Of a stretch of 64,000 nt of DNA, positions 52,288-64,000 are shown in pieces. The DNA is from Neoconidiobolus thromboides FSU 785 (taxonomy: Eukaryota > Fungi > Entomophthoromycota): positions 1-64,000 of the forward strand of contig MU626281.1 in NCBI GenBank assembly GCA_025603075.1, written 5' to 3'. The notes under the pieces are model-generated. The model saw only the letters and a program-made list of their open reading frames with translations. It was not told the origin of the DNA and did not search any database. Within the stretch, counting starts at the first letter, position 1. Every line of letters begins with the position of its first letter. A program made the translations under genes and the position numbers.

Positions 52288-52359
52288 AGGTCCCACCGAG
52301 AATCGAACTCGGATTACAAGGATCAAAACCTTGGGTGCTAACCATTACACCATGGAACC
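52288..52359 (-). tRNA. tRNA-Gln(UUG): tRNA-Gln(UUG) copy 2
   Basis: Identical to copy 1 except T3/A70 instead of A3/T70; TTTT terminator immediately downstream. Confidence 0.95.
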
Positions 52360-52491
52360 ATATCGTATAAAAACTTTTTTATAATATATACGCTTTTAAC
52401 CTTACAATTTTAAGACAAACTTGTACTACTTTGTCACATTTAATTGGACTCTTTAAAATTGATATTTCATTTTTTAATTTTTAAAGAAAAG

Positions 52492-55007
52492 ATGAGTAAA
52501 GTCGAACAATACAGCAACATCGAATCAGCTATAAGGAATTCGGATATTAAAACAGCGCTATCGTTGGTAGAAGATGGTAATTAATAATTAAATTATCGAT
52601 TCAGTTTATTTTTAATTTATAAACTCAATTTTGTATTTATTATTGTAGTTTTAAAATCCAACCCAACAGATCTTAATGGCTTATATTGTAAATTGTTACT
52701 TTTAATAAGAGAAGAAAAGTTTCATTTAGCATTAAAATTGCTTGAAATTTTGGAAAAGGAGAAGGGTAGTAATAAGTTTGATTTAGAATATCCAAAAGGG
52801 TATTGTTTATATAGAGTTAATAAAGCAGAAGAAGCTGAAAAACTGATCAAGAGTTCCAAATTGATTGAAACCAGAGAGTACAAAAAATTATTGGCACAAA
52901 TTGTAAGTTAATTTAGAATTAGATTTTACTAAATATTAATCGATGTAATTATTAGACTTTAAAAACAGAAGACTTCGAAACTTGTTTAAGGCTTTATAAC
53001 GAATTATTACAAAATACTTTACAGGTAGTAAATGATGTAATATCATTTTTATTAATTAATTATTAATGTTTTAGAATCATCCAGATTATATTGAATTATT
53101 AACCAATTATCAAGCTGCTTATGCTTCCGCTTGTCAAAAGAGTTACTATATTAAAGGAGAAGTAAAATCAATTATTTGTAGAACCATACTCATTTTTTAT
53201 AGTACTTTAATATTTTAGGAGTTAGCTATTGGAAAAACAAAAACCTATGAATTAATCTATAACACTGCAATTATTAGTATGGCTAAAGGTGATTATCAAT
53301 CTACTCAGAGCCTTTTAAATGAAGCCGAAAGTAAGGACATGAATTGATTATATACTAAAATATTTAACAGTTCTTTTTTCATAGAATTATGTCGTATTAC
53401 ATTAAAATCGAGTGATTATTCGGAACAAGAAATCAACCAAGAATTAGCACCAATTTTAATTCAATTAGCTTATTTAAAACACATTCAAGGAGATGTAGAG
53501 AAAAGTCTGGAAATTTATCAAAATGTATTGAAACAAAAGTAAGCGATGATTCAGTATTGTAAAAGTAATCCAAAAATTAATATTAATATAACCTTTAGTT
53601 CTGTAGATGAACCGACAAAAGTAGTCATCAATAATAATTTAATAGTAATGAATCAAGAAAAGTTATCCTTATTAGAACAAGTTTATAAATTAAATCAAAC
53701 ATTAAGTGGAACTTCATTTCATCGATTAACTAAATTACAAAAAATTTCGATTTTAAAAAATCAAATTGCTTTGTATTTACAGTTACATATGGTAATCATT
53801 GAGTTTTTAATTGATTGATTAATGAGTAACCTCATACTATTTTTTAGTTCCCAAATGCATCTAATATAGCCCGTAAAATTCAAAAATTAGATCATCAATC
53901 AAATGTTCAAATTATTGTTACGGCTTCAAATTTTATTATTCAAGGTGATAACACTAAGGCTATTAATGAAATTAAAGTAAATATTATTATTACATTCCAA
54001 TAATACTTAATTAACATGTAAATAAATTAATAGAATTATACTAGAAATAATGGACAAGATATCCAAGCATCATTAGCCTTAACTCATCTTTATGTCAAAG
54101 AGAAACAATATGAATTAGCTATTGATACACTTGAAACATTACATTCGAAATTAGAAAATCCAAATGAGAAATATTTACCTGGATTAATTGGCACTTTATT
54201 ATGGTTATATCAACTTACAAATAATGATAATAAAGCAGAAACTTTACTTCATCAAGCTCATCAAGCCAATTCACCTTATTCAGTAATAATACTTTATATC
54301 AACTTTATATTTTATTTAATTGTTAATAATCTATTTTAATAGTCCCAATATGAAAGTATAGTCCAACGTAAAATGGCCGAAAATAAATTTAAAAGTAGAC
54401 AAGCAAATGAAGCTGCTATGGATTATCAATTATTATTAGATCATAATCCCAATGATATTGATGCCTTATCAGGATTGATTAAAGCTTTATCATTAATCGA
54501 TCCCGATAAAGCAGATCAATATTTAAATCAATTACCAAAGCCAAAGATTTTAGAAGATATTTCAGCTTTAGAAGCTAGATTCTCGGATATCAAATTTGGG
54601 CAAAAATTAACTACTTTGTAAGTTTAGTAATATATATTAAGTAATGATTAGTTATAATAATAATTAGAGAACCACGTGTTTCAATTAGTAAAAAGAGAAA
54701 GAATCATCGACATAATAAACCACCTAAAAATATCAATAGTGGTATTAAAATTGATTTACAACGTTGGTTACCAATGAAAGATCGAAGTTATTATCGTAAT
54801 AAAAATAAAAAGAATAAACAAATTCGCGGTAGCCAAGGGATTGCTGCTATAACAAAGGAAGTAGCTGCTCCTGTTTCTAAAGTGTAAGCTTTGAATTGTT
54901 TTATTTTATGAATAGGGTGGCTAATGTAGTTTAATATTTTTAGGGAAGAGCCAGCTAAAGTTAAGCCAAAGAAAGTTAAAAAGAAGGTTAAGATTATTAG
55001 ACATTAA
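52492..55007 (+). CDS. SRP72: Signal recognition particle subunit SRP72, multi-exon (last exon end approximate)
   Basis: TPR-like repeats, PKGYCLYRVNK, ELAPILIQLAYLKHIQG, and the C-terminal RNA-binding motif IDLQRWLPMKDRSYYR followed by a Lys-rich tail. Confidence 0.92.
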
Positions 55008-55174
55008 TAAAAGGGAGTTTAGGGTTTAATAAAAGGAATTCTAATTTTTGACATACTTTTGAATGCTTTTTATAAATGCTTTCAATTGATAATTAAATTA
55101 AATATAAGTCAGTGAAATTTAATTAAAATTAACTATATATAGACGGGATTGATTTTAATATTCTTTTAGTATCC

Positions 55175-55270
55175 AGGGCTGTTTTTCTGGTTTCATTATT
55201 TTTCCATTTTTTAAGCGCTATTTGAGTGGAAAGATCGTAGTAAAATTCTTAAGCAAAAAAACATATCCCC
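55175..55270 (-). mobile_element. MITE copy (reverse)
   Basis: AGGGCTG...CATATCCCC; same AGCCCT-end subtype as the copy at 128-224. Confidence 0.82.
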
Positions 55271-56313
55271 GTCCTTTTTATAGATAAATCAAATTTTTAA
55301 TCAAAATATTTTATGACTTAATATTGAGAAGTTACCAAATATATATTTAAATTTTCTATAATATCTAGATGAATATAAGAATTTTATAATTTATTTAAGT
55401 CACCACTTCATTTTATAAAAATTTTATTATGATAAATTTAACATTATTTTAAACAATTAAACTTGACTATTTTTAGCCAACTAAACTATTCATTACATAA
55501 TAAAACTATTAATAAATATTGTTGGAGTGAAAACGAAAGCAACGTAATTTTTATAGCTTTTAAATGGATAAAAGTTAATCCAGTGTCGGTACGAATATTA
55601 TGCTAAAATAAACTCCGATTAATTTTTTCCAGTTTACTTTTAAAAAAGCTCATGAAGCTTTGATAAGTCCAGTCACAGTTTTATATCCAAAAGTTTGAAT
55701 CATTATATTTACTCAAAATTATGATGGATTGTTGAACATACAGATTTGATAAAATAAATAAAAAAAGAATTCTTATATTCTAAATAATAACATTTATTGA
55801 CTTGAAACAGTTATTATATCACAAGTAGTCAACAAAAGTATATTACGATAAAGCCTGATTTAATAGAAAATTACATTAAGTAATAATTAAAATATACTCA
55901 ACATTTAAATCATTGTTAAACCTTTAATGAACTTATTATGATGTCATCCCTTTGACTCATTGAGCCAAAATTGCAAACCTAATAATCTAATGGCATAAAA
56001 GTGGATCTTCGAAAATGATTAATTTCAAAGTTACTTTAAGTGATTAAAATAAGTTGATTAAAAAAATATGGACTTAAAATGAGCTTAACTCTTAAAAAGT
56101 TTGGGGTTAAAAAGCGATATTAGCAACCAATTAAATAAGATCAAATTCTCCTTTTATTCAATGATTGGTTAGATCCTTATCAAAAAAATATCAACCCAAC
56201 CAAAAACAAGATAAATCTAGAAATAAAAAGTTAGGTTTATAAATTGAGACCTTTGCTTCTTTTTTGTTCTTAATCTATTTTTTTAATAATAATAAATTAA
56301 ATAATAAACGATT

Positions 56314-57014
56314 ATGAAATTTTTTGAATCCGATTACTTATATTCTCATTCTTGGGAGAATGTGACCACTGCTGTATGGAAAAAATATCCCAACGATAAT
56401 GCTCAACATGTATTAAGTATTGATACCATATCACAAAAAGTGGACCCAGCAACTGGTATTTTGAAAGTAGAAAGAGTATTTGCTTTAAAACAAAATGTAC
56501 CTTATCTTTTGAAACAGGTAATTTAAAGTGACTATATTTTATATGTTTATTGAAAGTTTTTTTTATAGGTATTAGGATGTTCGGATCACTCTTATGTTCA
56601 TGAGGTATGTGAAATTGACTCAAAAAATAAAAAGTTTGTTGCTACTACTAATAATTTATCATACACCAATTTGATGAATATTAAAGAAACCGTTACTTAT
56701 ACACCAGATCCACAAAACTCGGAAAGGTAAGGGCTACATTAGTTACTATTAGATCAATATATTAACCTTTTATTTTAGAACTTTATTCCAACAACAAGCT
56801 CAATTTACAGCTTTAGGAAATATATCTAAATTAGCTAGTTATGTTGAAGAGTTTTCTATACAGAGGTTTAGTGATAATGCTGTTAAGGTAAATATTTGTA
56901 AATTGTCTTTTAATAAAGGTATTTATTTCTATTTTCTAGGGTCGTGAAGGGTTTATTAATGTATTAGAAAAGTTGTTTGGTAAAAAAGAACAACCAATGA
57001 CTGGAAATATATAA
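56314..57014 (+). CDS. UPS2: PRELI/MSF1-domain mitochondrial lipid-transfer protein (Ups2/PRELID3-like), 4 exons
   Basis: MKFFESDYLYSHSWENVTTAVWKKYPN...ERVF...NLSYTNLMNIKETVTY...NAVKGREGFINVL; stop at 57012-57014. Confidence 0.85.
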
Positions 57015-57667
57015 ATAATTTGATTAACATACTTGCGTTGGATTTTCTCCTAGATAATACTTTCCTCCATTTTTTATTTAAATAAAATTAACTATTTGGT
57101 TATAGTCGAGTGTTTTTTTATTGCGTTAGGATAGATGAAGTTAAATTTTTTATCAAGTATTTTAAACAACTGGAGAGTCTTTGAGGGGAAATTGCATGAT
57201 AAATACAATATAACATATAATATTATACAATTCTTTTATTCTAGGATAACATAGAAGTTATTATCAACATTTGAAGCAGCCAATTTCACCTTACTAGCCT
57301 AAAATTAGTTATCTCTATTTCAGAGCGAAACCTAGGAACTAGAACCATTATGTTTTAAGGTGCTATTTTACCACAAATGGAAATAATTACAGTGGGGATT
57401 TTATGAGTAACTACCACCCAACATTTAAATTTTGATGTAATCTGATTTTTTGATTAGGGTTTGAATTGTGTACTTTTATTTTAATCAATAATAATGATAG
57501 TATATGTATATAGCCTAAATTTCTCAAGTTTAAATAAAATATGATTATTAATGAGTTTTGGGTTTATATTACAACTTGTGGTTTAAATATTGCTTATAAA
57601 TTATTTGTTTTCTTAGTATATGCTTTATGTTTGGAACTCTCTAAATAATTTTACAAAGTTTATATGT

Positions 57668-57756
57668 GAGGGAATATCTTTTTTTAAGAAATTTTTCAGC
57701 TCAATATTTCAGCTCAACAGTGCTTAAAAAAATAAAATGAAATCAAAAAACACTCC
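57668..57756 (+). mobile_element. MITE copy (forward, degenerate, internal TTCAGCTCAA duplication)
   Basis: GAGGGAATATCTTTTTTTAAGAA...GTGCTTAAAA...ATGAAATCAAAAAACACTCC then ATAT. Confidence 0.6.
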
Positions 57757-58077
57757 ATATAGTTTTGATTAATTTCAACGTAATATTTTTTTAATTTAAT
57801 TTAATATTGCTAACGCATATAAATTAAAATTAAAACATCTGATAAGTTTTATTTAAATTACAAAAATACCCATTTTGCTTAGAAATTATCTATCTAAAGA
57901 TATGAGTTTGTCAATAATATACATCTACTATTGTAACTAGATATCCCCAATATTTTTTAATAAAGTTTAGTTGTGGAAATATCGGATAAATTTAGATATT
58001 TGACACCTGATATTAAATATTCAAATTGATCCGAGAGTTTCTTAAGTCTTAAGGTTACAGATACTTACATAACTAAG

Positions 58078-58345
58078 CGAATGTTAAATCAAATAGAAGA
58101 AATGCTAATAAGAAAAGAGAAGTAGATATCGGAAATGAAAGTGTTGAAGAAGACTAAATAGGGAATGAGGATAAGGAAGAAAGGAATGACGAAAAAGAAG
58201 ATCTTCAATGAGGAAGACCAAATAGAGTAGACGATAAAAAAACTGGAAAGGAAAAAGGGATTAAGAAAGCCGGTAAACAAAACAAAGATGATACTAAGGA
58301 AGTTAATAATAAGCCTGTTAAATATTAGTTTTTATAAATTTTTGA
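58078..58345 (+). pseudogene. Disabled K/D/E/N-rich coding relic
   Basis: One purine-rich frame, ANVKSNRRNANKKREVDIGNESVEED*IGNEDKEERNDEKEDLQ*GRPNRVDD..., with two internal stops. Confidence 0.35.
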
Positions 58346-59232
58346 AAAGGTAAAATCAATAGTTCCATTTTGAACAGTTTACTATTTCAAAAAAATAGTA
58401 TTTTTAATAAATTCTAGTTTTACATCTTTTATAGTCTATTTTCAACTTTTATGACTTTGACGATTTGTTATTAAATAACAATAATAATATAGAACGTTAT
58501 ACTATTTATTATGGATCTTTTTAATAATGTTACTTTTAAAACCAACTTTTAATGACAATGTAAAAATAACAGATTCTATCAATGGTGTAATGAGTTTCGT
58601 TCTATTGACTATATATCATCTTATAGCAAATATACAATTAAAGGTTATAAAATAAACGATCTCATCATTATAATTATTTCAAATGAGATATACAGCTTGT
58701 ATGGGGTTATTCAATATTATTGAATATATCATAGTTGATATCATAAGTTGTAATATCATTTTTAAAGGGGTGAGTCCTTTAAATTTATACTAATTTATTA
58801 ATATTTATTGATTTGATTATTTTATTTTAATATATAAATAAAATATAAATAACATACACATCTATTAAAACGACAACTAAAATAATTAAATATTTAATCT
58901 GTAGAAATGAAAAGTTGAACTAAATGCTATTGAAATCTTCTTAAATTTATTATAGTGAGGCATATTAATTTCATAAAGAAGAATAAAAAGAATATAATTA
59001 AATTAATGATAAACTAAAAAAGATTTAATTAATTTTTTTAAATATTTATAAACTAAAAGTTCAATGATGAATTACAAAGTAAAATTATAGCGAACATTTT
59101 AAGAATAATAAAATCCGAAGTAGAAGCTATAGAAAGTATCAAGAAAACCCCATTATACTAATAAACACTTCAATTTAAAATTAATAGTTATACTTCATTC
59201 ATTCTCCTTACTTTAATTTTTATTAACAAATT

Positions 59233-59660
59233 ATGCAACTTAAACAGTTTTATACTACTTTGGCTTTATCTTTCATTATTATTGACGCTACTAACTTCGT
59301 TCTAATTAATACTCCCAATATAAATGATAGTAATTAGACTAAAAATGCTAATTAAAGAACCTTAAGATTAACGAACATTCAATTGATCAAGTGAATCGTA
59401 AATCAAGTACAAATGGTGATAATGAGAAAGAAGAAGATAAAGCAAAGAAAAAGAAAATGTGAGTGAAAAAGAGAATGACCAAAATGAGAGTGATTAGTTA
59501 TATAATATTCACAATAAAAAGTTAAGTAGACAGGGTGATAGAAACTTTAGAAAGAAAAATAAAACTAACAAAGCAGATAAAAAGGATAATAGCAAATTAA
59601 ATAATAGAAGTAAAAATCGAGAGAACAAAGAAGCTGATAAAGATTGATATTTGGAAATTT
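59233..59660 (+). pseudogene. Pseudogene of a secreted K/D/E/N-rich protein
   Basis: ATG plus signal-like MQLKQFYTTLALSFIIIDA, then TAG 59335, TAA 59353 and frameshifts into KSSTNGDNEKEEDK / ENVSEKENDQNESD* / ...NKEADKD*. Confidence 0.5.
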
Positions 59661-59831
59661 TTAGAAAACAAAAACAATGATCAAGTACTAAATAATTCAG
59701 GAAGCTATATCATTCATTTAAAAAAAATTATAGTTAAAGTTTTATTAGTAGGCAGATAATGAATTTTATTGCATAAAATAGGTGCTGAAGGCCAGACTCA
59801 ATAAAGTTAGCTATTATCTTACTTTGTTAAG

Positions 59832-61211
59832 TTATTTTATTAATGTAATCAATGAATCCTTGTTTAAAATATCCATAATCTCTGTCTTATTACATTCAAA
59901 CTGAATTTTAATAAATTGAAATAATATAGGATTACTAAGACTGTATACTATTTTTTCTTTACATTTTTTGAAAGTAAATTTCTTGAGTGTAACCGATTCA
60001 ATATTGGGAAATAGATATAAAACATCAAAAATATCTTGTAATGATACAAAGCAATTAACAAATGTTAACTGCTTTATAAAGCTGCACTGGATAAAATGTT
60101 GCTTGTTTAAAGGTCGCTTGTGGTAATAAGTATTGGTATGCTTGATTTTTCTTAAATCAAAATCTCTCAATGAAATTAATTTGTCAGGTTTAAAGACCTG
60201 TTCAAGGAAACATAATTCAATAGTATGAATTGTTAATACTGAAGAAATTGAGGCTATAATACTTGGTAATTCATCTTTTTCCATTATACTCACTTTCTTT
60301 AAATTTGACAATACTTTTAAATCAATAAGCTCAAGCATTGTAGGATTGATATAACCTAAAGCTCTGATTTTATGCTTGTTTATTTTATCAAGTATTCTAA
60401 AATCAAACTCTTCATTGATTGTATCTATGTAAATCTCATTAAATTTTGATAAATCTTTATATTGATTCAAGTATCCATTAAAATGTTTCAAAGTTATGTT
60501 AAATTTGGTTGGAGATTCATAAAATACTAAATCATCAAAGACACGATTATAGAACCGTTTATAACACGTTACTGATAATAGTTTTAAACCCTTTAACTCA
60601 TTCTTTATTTGTTTTAATGAGTCTAAATCTACAATAGAGCCAAAAAGTGAACGAAAGTTCAATACTTTAAGCTTGTCTGGATTGAGATAGCTAACAACCT
60701 CATCAAGTTTATTCGGATTGATATAATTAATAACTTCATCAAGCTTATATTTAAAACGTTCTATATGAAGGTTTTCAATATTGTATAATATAAGCTTAAT
60801 AATTAGTAAAAAAGTTATAAATTCAGGTCTTTCACATGATACTTCTAGCTTAAGAGTTCTTAACCTAGGGAAAGGATTGGAAGCTATTGCCAGGCCCAAT
60901 TCATTCAAATCATTATAACAATATACAGATAAACTAGAGATATTTGGACACAATTTAAGGTATTGGATATTATCATTGGAGCCTACGCTTAAATGATTCA
61001 TATTGTTTCCATTCCTAGTTATAAACTTATCTCGAAATTCATCATCAATATAGAATGCAGGAATTGAATTACACCTTTTATTAAATACCATTATAGAAAT
61101 AAATTTATTAAAGAACCTGTTCAAAGTACGAAGTCTAATTAACTCATATGGAGATACTGAATTCAATATCTCCTCTAAAATAATATCTGATAGATCCTCG
61201 AATTTAAGCAT
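59832..61211 (-). CDS. Intronless F-box protein with LRR-like body (459 aa from ATG 61211)
   Basis: LKFEDLSDIILEEILNSVSPYELIRLRTLNRFF fits the F-box consensus; downstream LxxLxL repeats (CPNISSLSV, FPRLRTLKL, LKGLKLLSV, LSNLKKVSI). Confidence 0.8.
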   Translation of the reverse strand: MLKFEDLSDIILEEILNSVSPYELIRLRTLNRFFNKFISIMVFNKRCNSIPAFYIDDEFRDKFITRNGNNMNHLSVGSNDNIQYLKLCPNISSLSVYCYNDLNELGLAIASNPFPRLRTLKLEVSCERPEFITFLLIIKLILYNIENLHIERFKYKLDEVINYINPNKLDEVVSYLNPDKLKVLNFRSLFGSIVDLDSLKQIKNELKGLKLLSVTCYKRFYNRVFDDLVFYESPTKFNITLKHFNGYLNQYKDLSKFNEIYIDTINEEFDFRILDKINKHKIRALGYINPTMLELIDLKVLSNLKKVSIMEKDELPSIIASISSVLTIHTIELCFLEQVFKPDKLISLRDFDLRKIKHTNTYYHKRPLNKQHFIQCSFIKQLTFVNCFVSLQDIFDVLYLFPNIESVTLKKFTFKKCKEKIVYSLSNPILFQFIKIQFECNKTEIMDILNKDSLITLIK

Positions 61212-62029
61212 TATGTTCAAATGATAAAGAAAAAATATTTTGTATAAACGAGACAACAAAGTATTTGTATAAAAGAAAAGATAAAAGACCTTTTGAATAA
61301 CGGAAAAAAAAGAAGTAATCTTTCTTATTTTTATAATAAATCCATTGCTTAGTAAATAGTTTAAACAACTTATTAAATTCAATATTTTTATAATATTACA
61401 ATGATATAACATCATAACTCAATGCTTTCTTAATTAATAGCATTATTTCTAATAGCATTTTGGAATTTATTTAACCCCTTAGTACTAAATATATCAAAAA
61501 ATTCTATTGGATTGGAATTTTCATTTTTCAATTATTAAAGAATGATTTTTGCTTAGTCGAGACTAATTTAATAAGCAATATTCATTAATTTTTATAAAAA
61601 TTTAGCAGGTACAGTTTGTTCATAGTATATAAGTAGTTAATATATAATATAACATTGATGGGTTCTAAAAAGAGTAGGGATATGTAATTTTATTAAACTA
61701 AAATTATAAATAAAAGCAAAGTACATTTGATTATATAATAAATAAATAATAATATTAAGTAATATTTTACTATAAAAATAAATGATTAATAGTAAAAGAA
61801 GTATAAAAAACAAAGAACAAAATTTATGAGTAGTTTAATTTATTGTAAGTTAATAAACAAAGCTAAATAAAGTTAAAAAAATAATACAACACTGTTATTT
61901 TTTTATGAATCTTTATTGTAGTTTATAAATCCAAACTGAACTTAAATGAGTAATTTAGATACAAAAATTCTTAAGTTTTTTAATTTTAGAAGTTTTAGAA
62001 ATTTTATATTAACATTTGAGAAAACATAT

Positions 62030-62116
62030 GGGGATGTATTTTTGTATTTAAGGATTTTACTAACAATTTTTCCGCTTAAAAATGGAAAAAATAATGAAGT
62101 CAAAAAAAACACTCCC
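62030..62116 (+). mobile_element. MITE copy (forward, about 11-bp internal deletion)
   Basis: GGGGATG...ACACTCCC; ATAT both sides. Confidence 0.85.
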
Positions 62117-62138
62117 ATATCTTTTTTAAGAATTTTAG

Positions 62139-62602
62139 TGTGAAATCTGGTACTCAGGGTTTGGAGTCAAGAACAGCTATTGCTGGGTTGACTACACTAT
62201 AAGTCGAAAGGTCTTAGTTTATGTGACTAAGATAGACTTGGATTATAAAGAATAGCACGTAATAGGTTACAAGCTATATAAGACAAATAGAATAGACAAT
62301 ACTAATGTAAAATCTACGTAAAATACTATTAAGAAAACTTAGTGGCTTTATTAAATGTTCGAGATATCAGGGAATAATTCAGTTAAAAAGCCTCGAACTA
62401 TTATACTCTGTAAACCCTTTTATACTCTCAAAAGTAGAAATATCAAAATGAGAAGATAATATTCTTTTGGATGGAGCTAGAAATTCTCATAACAAATCAA
62501 AATAAGAACATGGGATTGATTTCCTCTGAGCTCGAGAACACAACAGCTTAGGCGATTGTTATGTTATAATTAATCATGGGACTGACAAAGGGATATTTCA
62601 CA
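62139..62602 (-). mobile_element. Solo LTR (464 bp)
   Basis: TGTGAAAT...ATTTCACA termini; TTAG at 62135-62138 and 62603-62606; TATAAAAG then AATAAA on the minus strand. Confidence 0.85.
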
Positions 62603-63022
62603 TTAGTTAAAAAATTAGTTAATAAAAATTAAACAATAATTTTAAATTTAAATAAAATATAGAAATAAAAATAAGTCCTGATCTAATAAATTTAAATCAT
62701 TGTAATAAATAAGCTATATCAAAATTAGGTTTTGGTATCTTATATTTAAAAAAGAACGAAATAATAGGCAAAGTTTATTTTAATTATTTATATAAAATAC
62801 TAAATCATGATTTAACATATACAAGAAACTGTTTGATTAATTTAATATAAAAAAGAAGTATTTAAAAAGCTTATGAAAGTTAATATATAAGCAGATATAA
62901 AGAACTTTTTAAAATTTTAAATTTTTTAGATTATATATTTGAAAAAATTATAAGCTATATAATAGTTTAAATTATAATTAATAAACATCAAAACTTTTGA
63001 TAACAAAAAAGAGTTTTAAAGC

Positions 63023-63448
63023 TGTAAAATCCGGCACTCAGTAGTTGGAATCAAAAAAATTTTTGGTCTACATAGATAGGGTAGACTTGAATTATGAAGA
63101 ATAGCATATAGAAGGCTATAAACTATGTAAAACAAATATAACAGATAATATTACTGTAAAATCTAGGTAAAATACTATCAAAAAGATTTACTGACTTTAT
63201 TAAAACATAATATTAAGGAATAATTCAGTTGAAAAGCCTCAAATTATTATGTTCTAAAACCTGTTTTATACTCCAAGGATAGATATTAAAACAGGAAGAT
63301 AATGTCCTTCAGAATCACATGGCAGAAATTCTCATAGTAAATTGAAATAAAAGACTCAAGATTAATTCTGTCTAAACTTGAGAACATAATGACTTAAGTG
63401 GTTGTTATGTTATAGTCAATCATAAAACTGACAAAGCGATATTTCACA
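63023..63448 (-). mobile_element. Solo LTR, older relative (426 bp)
   Basis: TGTAAAAT...ATTTCACA; AAGC on both sides; colinear but diverged from 62139-62602. Confidence 0.8.
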
Positions 63449-63759
63449 AAGCATCAAACAATAAAATCAATTGTTAAATATTAACATTGTTTAAGTTATT
63501 GATAGCTAAGTTGACAAACAATCAAAAAAACAAGTAGTTATAATAATAAATAAAAACTATTATTATATTATTTATATTATATAGAAATAGTTAATTATAG
63601 TTTTAAAGTCAACTACTCTTTATTATATGAGTATTTGTTAATTTGATGATATGTTAGTAATGTAATTTTAATAATAAAATAATTAGTTTATAATTTAAGT
63701 AAATTAAAAAACTTTTTAAATAAAATTTTTGCTAATTCATAGTATACATTAAATAAAGT

Positions 63760-63803
63760 AATTTAAAAACTGGCTAAAAAATGAAATCAATTTAGACATC
63801 CCC
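63760..63803 (+). mobile_element. Degenerate MITE right end
   Basis: AAAAAATGAAATCAATTTAGACATCCCC followed by ATAT. Confidence 0.4.
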
Positions 63804-64000
63804 ATATCATTGATAAGAACAGTAAAAGTTCTTTATTTTTTTTCGAATCTTTAAAATAGAAAAACGGAGTAATTTGAGCCCTATAACAAGGACTCAAATT
63901 CATCCGATTTTTTTAAATTTACCTTTTTTTCTTTCTTTAATTTAATTATTTAAATATCATATAATCACTTCAACAGTAAATATAGATAGATCATTATATA

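Noticed and set aside
61212-61415. N-terminal 68 aa of the 527-aa ORF
   Set aside because: AT-rich F/I/L/K drift upstream of the F-box; ATG 61211 gives a normal N-terminal F-box.
62139-63448. TRIM or single two-LTR element
   Set aside because: Each LTR has its own TSD and the two are clearly diverged.

Overview
Very AT-rich eukaryotic DNA, most likely an early-diverging fungus. Short AT-rich GT-AG introns, a C-terminal HDEL and Con7-type zinc fingers support a fungus; an Entomophthoromycotina/Conidiobolus-like source is only a guess. The window has four blocks. (1) 2-31 kb: seven intronless, anciently diverged genes, each encoding one Con7/Vta2-type C2H2 finger plus a short LP[SP][LI]xx(hydrophobic) motif, separated by 1.5-7.5 kb gene-free spacers. 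(2) 34-39.4 kb: three co-oriented Ser/Thr-rich GPI-type surface-protein genes with related signal peptides; one carries an 11-aa repeat broken by an assembly gap. (3) 40-57 kb: a compact intron-rich housekeeping block with glucosidase II beta, an unannotated PIGBOS1-like microprotein, FCP1, an O-methyltransferase, a MYST acetyltransferase, two tRNA-Gln(UUG), SRP72 and a PRELI/Ups2-like gene. (4) 57-64 kb: decayed secreted-protein relics, an intronless F-box/LRR gene and two solo LTRs. About two dozen copies of a ~97-bp MITE (GGGGATG...CATCCCC, 4-bp AWWT target duplications) are scattered through non-coding DNA. All calls were made by eye; no database search was run.
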